DNA from: Oligoflexales bacterium
Lineage (GTDB): Bacteria > Bdellovibrionota_B > Oligoflexia > Oligoflexales > Bog-1112
NCBI GenBank assembly: GCA_045105515.1
Contig: JBGCDR010000132.1
Coordinates: 1-17,052 of the forward strand
DNA: 17,052 bases
Reading direction: 5' to 3'
Within the stretch, counting starts at the first letter, position 1. Every line of letters starts with the position of its first letter. Below, piece by piece: positions 7,270 to 15,219 of the stretch. The notes beneath the pieces were generated by a model that worked only from the letters and a program-made list of their open reading frames with translations, was not told the origin of the DNA and did no database searches. A program made the position numbers and the translations under genes.

Positions 7270-8229
7270 ATGATTTCAAATTTATCACATCCCCTCTTTG
7301 CCATCCATCGAGGCCCCTGTCCAGAAATTGTCGTTCACGGTGCAAGTACCATTAGAATCCAAGGAAAAACGCCTATTTCCACAGGTAGCTTTTCATTCTT
7401 AACACGTTCCTTGCTTAACCCATGGCAGTACCTTGCTGCAGATGTCGGTGGTCAAGAAGAATTTTGGAGCATAGGTTTATCATTTCATTCCGGTCAAGAC
7501 ATACATATGTATGCACTTGATGCATTGAGCAAAGTTGCTCGATCGGGAGAAGAGGAGTTGTTTTGTCCAAGAGAGTATCCCCTAGATTGGGAGCATTCTG
7601 CCAGGTTAAAACTTTCAAATAGTAGACCTTTGCGCATACACCATCCCTGTTCAGGTAAACATCTTCTATTGCTTGCAGCATGCGAGCAACATGGTTTTAA
7701 AAAAGAGGGTTATTGGGAACACACCCATCCTTTACAAAAAAACCTATTCTCACTCGTAGGTAAAGAAGCTAGGGAAGCAGTTCAGTGGACCTTCGACAGC
7801 TGTGGATTGCCTACCTTTGTGATGAACGATAGAGTCCATACCCAAATGTGGGAAAACTTGATCTTAGATGACAGTGAAAAAGCTACCGCATTGAAGGAAC
7901 TTTGGGTTAATAACCCTAGGCTAGTTGGAGGCAAAGGACGTCTTGACTCTGACCTTACAATCGCAGCTAAGGGTCAAGCTCTAGTTAAGGAAGGGGCCGA
8001 TGGACTACTAATGGTTCAATCATTCCCCAGGGAAAATGAATCAGCTGCAACTTGCTTAATAAAGCTTGCTTCTGGCTATCATAAAAGTTACCTCGGAATG
8101 GCTCTATATTCGATTATAAAAGCTCATCCGATGCTACCAAACGTCTTTCATGAGCTTAAAGAATACTTACAATCTCGCTTGAATGATTGGCTCCTAAGAG
8201 GACAAACATTGATGGAGCCACCATTTTAA
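7270..8229 (+). CDS. Class 3 (Rhizobium etli-type, 'asparaginase II') L-asparaginase-like protein with a divergent active site
   Basis: RG..E..HG, RSxxNPWQ, HSG, CSGKH, HPLQ, DSCGLP, P.LVGG.GR.D and KEGADG motifs in family order. Confidence 0.85.
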   Translation: MISNLSHPLFAIHRGPCPEIVVHGASTIRIQGKTPISTGSFSFLTRSLLNPWQYLAADVGGQEEFWSIGLSFHSGQDIHMYALDALSKVARSGEEELFCPREYPLDWEHSARLKLSNSRPLRIHHPCSGKHLLLLAACEQHGFKKEGYWEHTHPLQKNLFSLVGKEAREAVQWTFDSCGLPTFVMNDRVHTQMWENLILDDSEKATALKELWVNNPRLVGGKGRLDSDLTIAAKGQALVKEGADGLLMVQSFPRENESAATCLIKLASGYHKSYLGMALYSIIKAHPMLPNVFHELKEYLQSRLNDWLLRGQTLMEPPF

Positions 8230-8231
8230 TC

Positions 8232-9191
8232 ATGACTCAGCAAACTAAACAGATAAATCTTACCATTCGTAAGCCCGAAGCAGGCCTGCCAATAGACAAA
8301 GCTATCTTAGCTTATTACAACGAACTATCTCGAAAAAAACTCAGACGTATTCTCGACATGGGTGGAATCAAGCTCAATGGAAAACGGGTGCTAAGAGGGT
8401 CTCAAGCAGTAGAAACCAACGATCAGATAAGCCTCTTGTACAACAAGCAAGATTTCGAATACAAAAAAAACAGACAATTTTCCTTAACTTCCTCTGATAT
8501 CCTTTACGAAAGCAAGGACCTTTTAGCAATCAATAAGGTTCCTTTACTTCCCTCACAGGCTTCACGCTCTCTTTCTGCTCCTCATGTGGAGACAATAGTC
8601 GAAGAATATTTCAAAGCTGTTGGACATGAATATAAACACTATCTGTGCCACCGCCTCGATAAAGAAACCTCTGGGATCCTGCTCCTGGCTAGAAGTGAAG
8701 ATGCCACTGCATTTGTCATGCAACAGTTCAAGGACAAGCAAGTTAAAAAAACCTACTTAGCTCTATGCTATGGTATTCCTAAACAAAACCATTGGACTAT
8801 ATCAAAACACCTTTCTCCTATTCACAAAAAAACCGGTTTAGTACATGTGGTGCATTCAGGGGGAAAAGCATCTCAAACTAGCTTTAAATTGATTGAAGCA
8901 TTTCCAACTTACGATTTATCTTTGATTGAATGCTCACCACAAACGGGCAGAAGTCACCAGATCAGAGTGCATCTAGAAGCATCTAAGCTGCCAATTATAG
9001 GCGACAAAAAGTACGGGCTAGATCAGCAAAGAAAGCTACCACCTAAATTGGCAAGCCTAGCTCTAGCACATCATTTTTTACATGCTGCTGAACTTAGTTT
9101 TAAGAGATTAGATGGAAAAACCATCAAACTAACAGCTCCTCAGCCACCCAATTTTAAGAGTTTTCTACATCAGCTTTCATTAAGAAGGTAG
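8232..9191 (+). CDS. RluA/RluC/RluD-family RNA pseudouridine synthase with N-terminal S4-like domain
   Basis: S4-like SRKKLRRILDMGGIKLNG, INKxP, catalytic HRLDKETSG, KTYLAL, TGRSHQIRVH, PIIGD.KYG, LHA. ATG 8232 lies 2 nt after the upstream stop, so it is preferred over TTG 8187. Confidence 0.95.
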   Translation: MTQQTKQINLTIRKPEAGLPIDKAILAYYNELSRKKLRRILDMGGIKLNGKRVLRGSQAVETNDQISLLYNKQDFEYKKNRQFSLTSSDILYESKDLLAINKVPLLPSQASRSLSAPHVETIVEEYFKAVGHEYKHYLCHRLDKETSGILLLARSEDATAFVMQQFKDKQVKKTYLALCYGIPKQNHWTISKHLSPIHKKTGLVHVVHSGGKASQTSFKLIEAFPTYDLSLIECSPQTGRSHQIRVHLEASKLPIIGDKKYGLDQQRKLPPKLASLALAHHFLHAAELSFKRLDGKTIKLTAPQPPNFKSFLHQLSLRR

Positions 9192-9204
9192 TTTGAAAAA
9201 CAGC

Positions 9205-10230
9205 TTAGAATGAATTTTCAATAGTCTCTAATGACTTGATCACAAGTTCTCCCATGGATTGACAGCTACGAAAAGAGTTGTTTTTATAGTGCTCAGCAAG
9301 CTCTTCCCGTAATTGTTCCATATGACTTTTTGGGGCAATAGAATCTGGAACCATGGCTTGCATCAGATTATTAAACCGATGCTTTGCAGATTTTAGTCTC
9401 TTGTTGATCAAATAACGCTCTTCCATTTGATACTGCTTAACAGATCGATAGGTCAAAACATCAAGTCCAATCTTTACAATGGCATTATTTTCGCAAAAAA
9501 ACTGGGGTAGATAAACCTTCATCCGGCCTTCATAACTCTGCTGATCAAAGTCTATGGCCCTGATCCGGTAATTTGCTTCTTCAACATCCAAGGTAATATC
9601 CACCACAAAATTTGAGGCATGCATATCTCCCAATAGCCGGAGAAAACAGCGTTCATTAAACTTCACGAACTCTTTTGCCAGCCTTACCTCATTAAGGTTA
9701 TGGTTCATAAACTTGAGGATAAAAGCATCACCTGGAATACCATAAATATGCTCGATAATAAGTGTATCCAGAGAAATCAAAAACCCAATACGATTGGGTG
9801 ATAGTAAATGCTCCAACTCTAAACCATAAACCCTTGAAGCATCAGCTTTTTTGACATAAAAATAATCGAAATTATCGTTAATTGTATTTATAATCCTGAT
9901 CCGAAAAGGCTTTGAATTTCCAAATAAGCATAAGTCCACCCGATCCACTTCTAAATGCTCCATTAGAGCAACATTCCCATCCGCCTTCAAAATTGCATAA
10001 ACCTCAATAAGTGCAGCAAAAATTTCTTCCTGCTCCCACGCAGGGTAAGTTACTGAAATCCAACAAGTTTGCTCACCGTTTTTGTCACAGACTGGGCTCG
10101 AATTAGAAAACCGCAATAAGTCCTGATAATCCAAAGTCAGGTCTGCACAGCGCCCATAGTGCTCAAGGTATTGACGCAAGAGATTATTGACTTGGTAGCT
10201 TTGCTTCTTTTTTGAGATCAACTTTGGCAC
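9205..10230 (-). CDS. Conserved hypothetical protein with atypical (PI3K/HipA-like) kinase motifs
   Basis: YFYVKK (ATP-binding Lys), LLGDMHASNF (DxHxxN catalytic loop, 9610-9630), RAIDFD (Mg-binding, 9544-9555). GTG start. Confidence 0.7.
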   Translation of the reverse strand: MPKLISKKKQSYQVNNLLRQYLEHYGRCADLTLDYQDLLRFSNSSPVCDKNGEQTCWISVTYPAWEQEEIFAALIEVYAILKADGNVALMEHLEVDRVDLCLFGNSKPFRIRIINTINDNFDYFYVKKADASRVYGLELEHLLSPNRIGFLISLDTLIIEHIYGIPGDAFILKFMNHNLNEVRLAKEFVKFNERCFLRLLGDMHASNFVVDITLDVEEANYRIRAIDFDQQSYEGRMKVYLPQFFCENNAIVKIGLDVLTYRSVKQYQMEERYLINKRLKSAKHRFNNLMQAMVPDSIAPKSHMEQLREELAEHYKNNSFRSCQSMGELVIKSLETIENSF

Positions 10231-10295
10231 GTGATAATATCCTAACTCCTAGCAAAAAATTTCTAGGGTCAAGTTATCACAGAGAAGTTGTACTC

Positions 10296-12740
10296 TTAAC
10301 GAATAATTTTCCTGAGGTATCTTTCAAGGAGCCTTTGATTCTCTTCACTTCCCTCGGACCCTTGAATCTCTTCGAGAATATCTTCGCGGTAACGTTTGTC
10401 GACTTGGTAATCACGGCTGATTTCTAAATCACCTCCATGAACAGACTGTCCATAGTATCGATCTCCCGTGACCCTGCGGCGTCTGCGAGACTGTCTTTTG
10501 TGATTTTTCATACTTTCTTTTTCAGCCTTGCGCAGTAACCTACCAGCCAAATCTGAGTAGGTTTCCGATTTAACATAGTCTTTGTGCTCCCCACTTTCGA
10601 CCGTAAGCTTCATGGCTTCCATTGCAGCATGAATCCTACCACCAGCTTTTGGTGAAAGAGCCCTTAACTGTGCTTCCAGTCTGCGGGTTTCCTTTATATT
10701 AGTGTTCTGCTTCAATCTGGTCATAGGCCAGCGTTCATTAAGGTTCTCCGAGTTCCGAGCAATTGCCTGATCCAAATCTCCTGAAACCTTCCCTTGACGC
10801 TTTTGTAAATTTCTCAGCTGCTCGCGGGCAGAGGCCAAACCTTCCTGGCGTTTTTGCTCTTTTTCCTTGCGCTCAGAATCTTCTTGCGATTCGAGGTCTT
10901 CAATCCATTTACGATAATTTGCAGCATTTTGTGACAAGGTACTTAAAGCTGAAGAAATCGAGTCAGATTTTTTCTTGGCAATTGCGTCCCGGATATTTTC
11001 AAAACTCTTCAAAAATGGCTTTGTATCTTTAATTTTTTTCCAGTCTTTGAGGTCCTCAGGCTTCATAAGCTGTGAAACCCGAAGATTCCAACGATCTCGA
11101 CGGTTCTTAAGAAAGCTTTTCATATTATTTACAGCGGTATCAATGGTCACAGGCCTTTTTTCCTCTGGCTGTTCTATAAGCCGGGACAAAGCCCTTGATG
11201 CAACAAAGAAATCTCGATCTCGTTCCCTATCATCTAAAATCTCATGCTCAACTAAAAATTCATTTAATCCTGCTTGCAACTCAAAAATACTCTGATAGGA
11301 ATTTTGTTCATTTATTTTCTTAACCTGATCTGAAAATTCATGAATTTGAATCCTGTCAAGAGTATCAAAAAACGGGGTGCTTGCCGAACGTTTCAGAGCA
11401 TCCTCGACTAAGTACTTTGCCTCATTTGTGAGATTATATTTCTCAGTCTCAACTCCCTCGTCAACCATAGATTTCAAATTCCGCAAGACTCTTAGGGTTT
11501 GACGGTAGCGACCATAAGCACTTGCAGTTCGAAACCGCAAAGGTGCACTGCGACCGATAAGTGGACGAGGAATGGAGCTATCGATCACCTCAGCAATAAT
11601 TTCCACATCGGCAATATCGTTGTTAATATAAGGCTCAAGAACCAAACTATACTCAGTACTAAAATCGAAAATTTGATCCGAATTTATCCTGTTTACTAGT
11701 TCTCGAGCTTCATGATTTCCACTGCGAATAAGTAACTGTACTACTTTCATTGGTGCTTTAGTCTGAGCCTCTATCTTTAGAGCAAGAGGTTTTTCATCAT
11801 GCCATGGTTCGGTAATATCGATAAGAGCTGTTAAGCTCACCTCAGGTACAGGTAATTTTTTAACCTGAATGCCTGCAAGCTTATTATTCCCATACAAGCT
11901 TGGAATAAAGATATCAACATCATTGGTAACTGCAAAAGAAACTTGAAATTGATAGACTCCATCATTCAACCCAGACCGATTACCGAGAGTATTCATTTTG
12001 AAAGTCTGAAAGACAAGATCCTGCTTAGCTCCTTGCAACTTTAAATAGACAACCGGTGACGTAGCCTGAGAAATCGAAAAAGCAGTGATTTCTATGAGAT
12101 TTGGACTAAGCAACTCTATGTCCACTGGTTTAGAAGGAGACAGCTTATGATACTCTTGCTGACCCTGTTCTTCTGTAGGATTACCTTGAAGAATCTGCAT
12201 CCTCGGTTTTTTATTGATCATAGTCATATATTGAGTCAAAAAACCGAAGCTCTGACCTATGGATTCTAAACCTGGAGAAAAAACCAACATACACAAGGTA
12301 AATGGAACCAGTAGTGTTGAAAGAAGGCGTCGAAAACGCTTATTTTCTCCGTATTTCAGATCTCGAAGAAACTGGCTTAGGTTCTCTCTCCACTCTAAAA
12401 TGGATTTAGCATCACCATCTTCTCTAACTGCCCAAATAGGAATCCTCGAATCGGGAAATTTAATTTCATATGAACGAATTAATTCTTCGCGACTTTTCGA
12501 AGTTCCATACTTTTCATAAGAACAATAGAGTGTGCCTATAAAGCTTGCTAAAAAAAGCAGAATATTTTCCTGCCAATTAATATCTATATATGCATTCCAA
12601 AGACCAAAGATGAAAAAAGCTAAAAAGAAAGAACGCAGGAAATTACAGATTAAATAAAGTGAGAAATAGGTCTTTCTTACCTGACTGTAAGCCTTATAGG
12701 CAAGATCAATGGTTGCATTGCTTTGGTGTTGGTCCGACAT
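10296..12740 (-). CDS. Large membrane-anchored coiled-coil protein, DUF4175-like
   Basis: Two to three N-terminal TM segments, a beta-rich middle, a long helical/coiled-coil C-half, and C-terminal REDILEE...LLERYLRKII resembling the DUF4175 end motif. The CDS is secure; the family call is tentative. Confidence 0.65.
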   Translation of the reverse strand: MSDQHQSNATIDLAYKAYSQVRKTYFSLYLICNFLRSFFLAFFIFGLWNAYIDINWQENILLFLASFIGTLYCSYEKYGTSKSREELIRSYEIKFPDSRIPIWAVREDGDAKSILEWRENLSQFLRDLKYGENKRFRRLLSTLLVPFTLCMLVFSPGLESIGQSFGFLTQYMTMINKKPRMQILQGNPTEEQGQQEYHKLSPSKPVDIELLSPNLIEITAFSISQATSPVVYLKLQGAKQDLVFQTFKMNTLGNRSGLNDGVYQFQVSFAVTNDVDIFIPSLYGNNKLAGIQVKKLPVPEVSLTALIDITEPWHDEKPLALKIEAQTKAPMKVVQLLIRSGNHEARELVNRINSDQIFDFSTEYSLVLEPYINNDIADVEIIAEVIDSSIPRPLIGRSAPLRFRTASAYGRYRQTLRVLRNLKSMVDEGVETEKYNLTNEAKYLVEDALKRSASTPFFDTLDRIQIHEFSDQVKKINEQNSYQSIFELQAGLNEFLVEHEILDDRERDRDFFVASRALSRLIEQPEEKRPVTIDTAVNNMKSFLKNRRDRWNLRVSQLMKPEDLKDWKKIKDTKPFLKSFENIRDAIAKKKSDSISSALSTLSQNAANYRKWIEDLESQEDSERKEKEQKRQEGLASAREQLRNLQKRQGKVSGDLDQAIARNSENLNERWPMTRLKQNTNIKETRRLEAQLRALSPKAGGRIHAAMEAMKLTVESGEHKDYVKSETYSDLAGRLLRKAEKESMKNHKRQSRRRRRVTGDRYYGQSVHGGDLEISRDYQVDKRYREDILEEIQGSEGSEENQRLLERYLRKIIR

Positions 12741-12757
12741 CTTGGTTTACCTTTTCA

Positions 12758-13750
12758 CTAAGCAGAAGGTAAGCTTTCAGTTCCGCGTTCATTTGAAGAA
12801 TTAAAACCCCGAGGAGCTAAGTCTGATGAGTTATCACCATCTCTCCTCTTAGCGTTTTGTGCTTTTTCTTCGGCATGGTTACGGTCAAGCCATTCAGCGA
12901 TGACACTGATGGCATCGGTAATAACTGCTTCTTTTGCAGTCAAAATATGATGATAGTTGGTTTCCATAAAATGCAGATCAAGGCGTTCAGTAAACTTATG
13001 CTTCTGGGTAGCACGTTTTAAGAATTCATAACGAGCGACTCCGTCGTCCTTGGGACAAAGCACTAAGGACTTTAGTCTGTGCCGTTGAAATTGCTTTCGC
13101 GATTGGGAAATAGCATTAAGTAATTCGTAGGCTAAAAGGGCACTAATTTTCGGTGCCTTGCTTGATAACATATCTATTTGAGTAAATTGCGGACAAAGAC
13201 GTGAGGGCAGCATCATAATGGGAAGAAGCTCAGCAAAAGTCCTAAGATAAAAGCGCTGAAAAGACTTGATATGATCCACCAGTGAGAAGACAGGGGAAAC
13301 AAAAATCATGGAATGACAAAATTTGCCATAACCTTTGGCAAAAAATAAGCCCACCAATGAGCCCATGCCTTGACCAATTATAATTGGCTTACGTCCAGAT
13401 TCCTTATGCTTCACCCAAGCAACAACCTGCAACAGGTCTAAGGAAAGCTGGTGAAAACTTGGAATATGCCCCAACTTGCGTCCAGATTGGCCATGACCAC
13501 GCAAATCAAAGCCATATACACTATAACCACGTGCTGCAAGCTTCTTAGCAAACGGAGCCATCAGTTCTACTGATTCTCCTAAGCCATGTACAAGTACAAC
13601 AGGCCGTTTATTATCTTCGGGAATTAACCAGCCTTTTACGAAAACTGAAGTTCCTGTGTGATCCACAGGACAGGTGTAGACCAGGTTACGTACCGAGGGG
13701 TCTTCTTCTGTTGTTGTTGGATCACTTGTATTCATTATGCTCAGGGCCAT
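12758..13750 (-). CDS. Alpha/beta hydrolase (lysophospholipase/monoacylglycerol lipase-like) lacking the nucleophile Ser
   Basis: VHGLGE and FDLRGHGQSG motifs; elbow reads GQGMG instead of GxSMG; later D and H candidates present. Start uncertain (ATG 13750, ATG 13735 or TTG 13789). Confidence 0.88.
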   Translation of the reverse strand: MALSIMNTSDPTTTEEDPSVRNLVYTCPVDHTGTSVFVKGWLIPEDNKRPVVLVHGLGESVELMAPFAKKLAARGYSVYGFDLRGHGQSGRKLGHIPSFHQLSLDLLQVVAWVKHKESGRKPIIIGQGMGSLVGLFFAKGYGKFCHSMIFVSPVFSLVDHIKSFQRFYLRTFAELLPIMMLPSRLCPQFTQIDMLSSKAPKISALLAYELLNAISQSRKQFQRHRLKSLVLCPKDDGVARYEFLKRATQKHKFTERLDLHFMETNYHHILTAKEAVITDAISVIAEWLDRNHAEEKAQNAKRRDGDNSSDLAPRGFNSSNERGTESLPSA

Positions 13751-13819
13751 CTTTAAACAAAAAATTTTGCCCCCAGCGAGAGTTGGCAAAATTTACCCAT
13801 AATACTTATATACCTCCTG

Positions 13820-13828
13820 ATTATAGCA
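13820..13828 (-). promoter_or_regulatory. Extended -10 sigma70 promoter for the hydrolase operon
   Basis: Minus strand reads TGcTATAAT, with a weak -35 TTTAAG 17 nt upstream. Confidence 0.6.
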
Positions 13829-13890
13829 TGCGCACAAGAAAGCTTAAAGGCGTGTTTTTGCCTGACCTCAGCCATAAATACGGTTATTAA

Positions 13891-13919
13891 TTGACACTTT
13901 TAAACATATTTAATATTAT
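13891..13919 (+). promoter_or_regulatory. sigma70 promoter of ssrA
   Basis: TTGACA-N17-TATTAT, ending 66 nt before the mature tmRNA 5' end. The leader can fold TGCTTA/TAAGCA (13931-13965). Confidence 0.85.
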
Positions 13920-13985
13920 TCCACTCTGCCTGCTTAAACCTTCATCACGAATGGTTTTATAAGCATCCAAGATTATAAATGATTT

Positions 13986-14348
13986 GGGGGCGTCCTGGTT
14001 TCGACAGGCATGGCAGGTGCGTTAGAGAGCATGTCCGGGGTGGTAACGTGACCCGGTTATTAAATGCGTTTCACTTTTTTTAATTGGCACAAACGCTGGT
14101 TACGCAATGGCGGCTTAATAACCCCTTGCCGATAACCTTGGGAAGCTAACGGCCCTTGGAAATCGTCATTTAGTTAGCTTTGGCAGTAGGGCTTCCGCCT
14201 GTAGTTTTGCTGTTGAGCTTAATCAGGCTGCGGCTATCTGAGTCTGCCTATGGACGCTTGTAGCAAGAGGATGATCATAGGGTCTAAGCATGTAGCGCTT
14301 TAAGCATCCCATGGTTGGACGCGGGTTCGATTCCCGCCGCCTCCACCA
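13986..14348 (+). ncRNA. ssrA: tmRNA (one-piece, 363 nt), tag (A)GTNAGYAMAA
   Basis: 5' GGGGGCG..GGTTTCGAC pairs with 3' CGCCTCC-ACCA, including the G3.U Ala determinant. T-arm GCGGGTTCGATTCCCGC; PK1 CCGGG/CCCGG; tag ORF 14086-14118 ends in TAA TAA. Confidence 0.97.
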
Positions 14349-14398
14349 ACACTAACCATCACTAATCATTTAACAAATTATACCTCAAACTTTCTGCT

Positions 14399-14418
14399 TG
14401 GCGTGAAAATGGCGTGAA
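14399..14418 (+). repeat. Tandem 9-bp direct repeat, candidate tyrosine-integrase arm-type sites
   Basis: TGGCGTGAA-aa-TGGCGTGAA (11-bp period), 50 nt after the tmRNA CCA. Confidence 0.6.
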
Positions 14419-14608
14419 CAAAGATTTCTAACTTAGCTGAGTCGAAATCACAAATGACTGCACTTGTTGTTCCCATCTTCTAGGTACTTGTGGCAAGCCT
14501 AAGCACGAGGAAAGTTGTTTTGATAGTCTCAATCGAGTTTAGAACCCCCAAAACAAAAACCTTATCCTTGAAACCCAACGCAATACATGGTGTCACCAAT
14601 CCACTTTG

Positions 14609-14637
14609 TTGACTTGGATGGAAAAGTTCTTTAGGAT
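14609..14637 (+). promoter_or_regulatory. sigma70 promoter for 14734..15186
   Basis: TTGACT-N17-TAGGAT. Confidence 0.6.
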
Positions 14638-14733
14638 GGCACCACTCCTAGCCTGACGGCGGGTTTAATTTCTGACGAAAGCCTGGCAACTATAAAAATA
14701 GATCAGGTAAACCAAACATTTAGGGAGAATACA

Positions 14734-15186
14734 ATGCCTTATAGATTCAGTGAATTAGCTGATAAACTAATTGAAAAAGCCGATTTGATCACACCTAAGA
14801 TCCGAGACTTTGAACATGATTTAGCTTCATCAAAGTTTCCTATCAAGGGAGAAGTCTTAATCGCTACGGATCAGCAATTGAACTTTGAAGAGCTAAGGCA
14901 TTTTAGGCAGATTCTACCTCCTGGGTTCCGACCTTTTGCAGAGGAGTATTTAGCTTGGAATGTCCTGAACAAAAAATCACGGCTGCTTTTTATTAGGCGA
15001 TTGTTCTATTTTGATGAACGGGGAGAGCAGTTTTCTTTGTGTCATGGCGACCTATGCCCAGATGGGGTCGTATTTCAACGCCCACTGGTTGACATGGCTA
15101 TTCATGATCGGTTTCGAGGATTTCAAAAACTTAAAGACTTGGAAGGACATCTTCGAGAAGAATCTATCTCTCTACTTGATTTGTGA
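14734..15186 (+). CDS. Hypothetical protein (150 aa)
   Basis: ATG with SD AGGGAG and its own promoter; no family recognised. Confidence 0.75.
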   Translation: MPYRFSELADKLIEKADLITPKIRDFEHDLASSKFPIKGEVLIATDQQLNFEELRHFRQILPPGFRPFAEEYLAWNVLNKKSRLLFIRRLFYFDERGEQFSLCHGDLCPDGVVFQRPLVDMAIHDRFRGFQKLKDLEGHLREESISLLDL

Positions 15187-15219
15187 ACGCTGTATACCAT
15201 TGAGTTTATAGATTCATTC

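Noticed and set aside
10212..12519. Short plus-strand ORFs overlapping the DUF4175-like gene (similar ones lie in the ORFan, regulator, MATE, asparaginase-like and SNF2 genes)
   Set aside because: They overlap longer, better-supported CDSs and have no recognisable features.
13753..13800. Programmed -1 frameshift from the leader ORF into the hydrolase frame
   Set aside because: The frames are compatible, but there is no in-frame X XXY YYZ slippery heptamer, and an ATG at 13750 makes it unnecessary.
14653..14712. Hammerhead ribozyme-like CTGACG(A)...GAAA words
   Set aside because: I could not build stems I-III with an intact core: the first copy has G at A9, and the second lacks a downstream GAAA.
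14349..14733. Integrase remnant next to ssrA
   Set aside because: No ORF of 60 aa or more and no recognisable tyrosine- or serine-recombinase motif.
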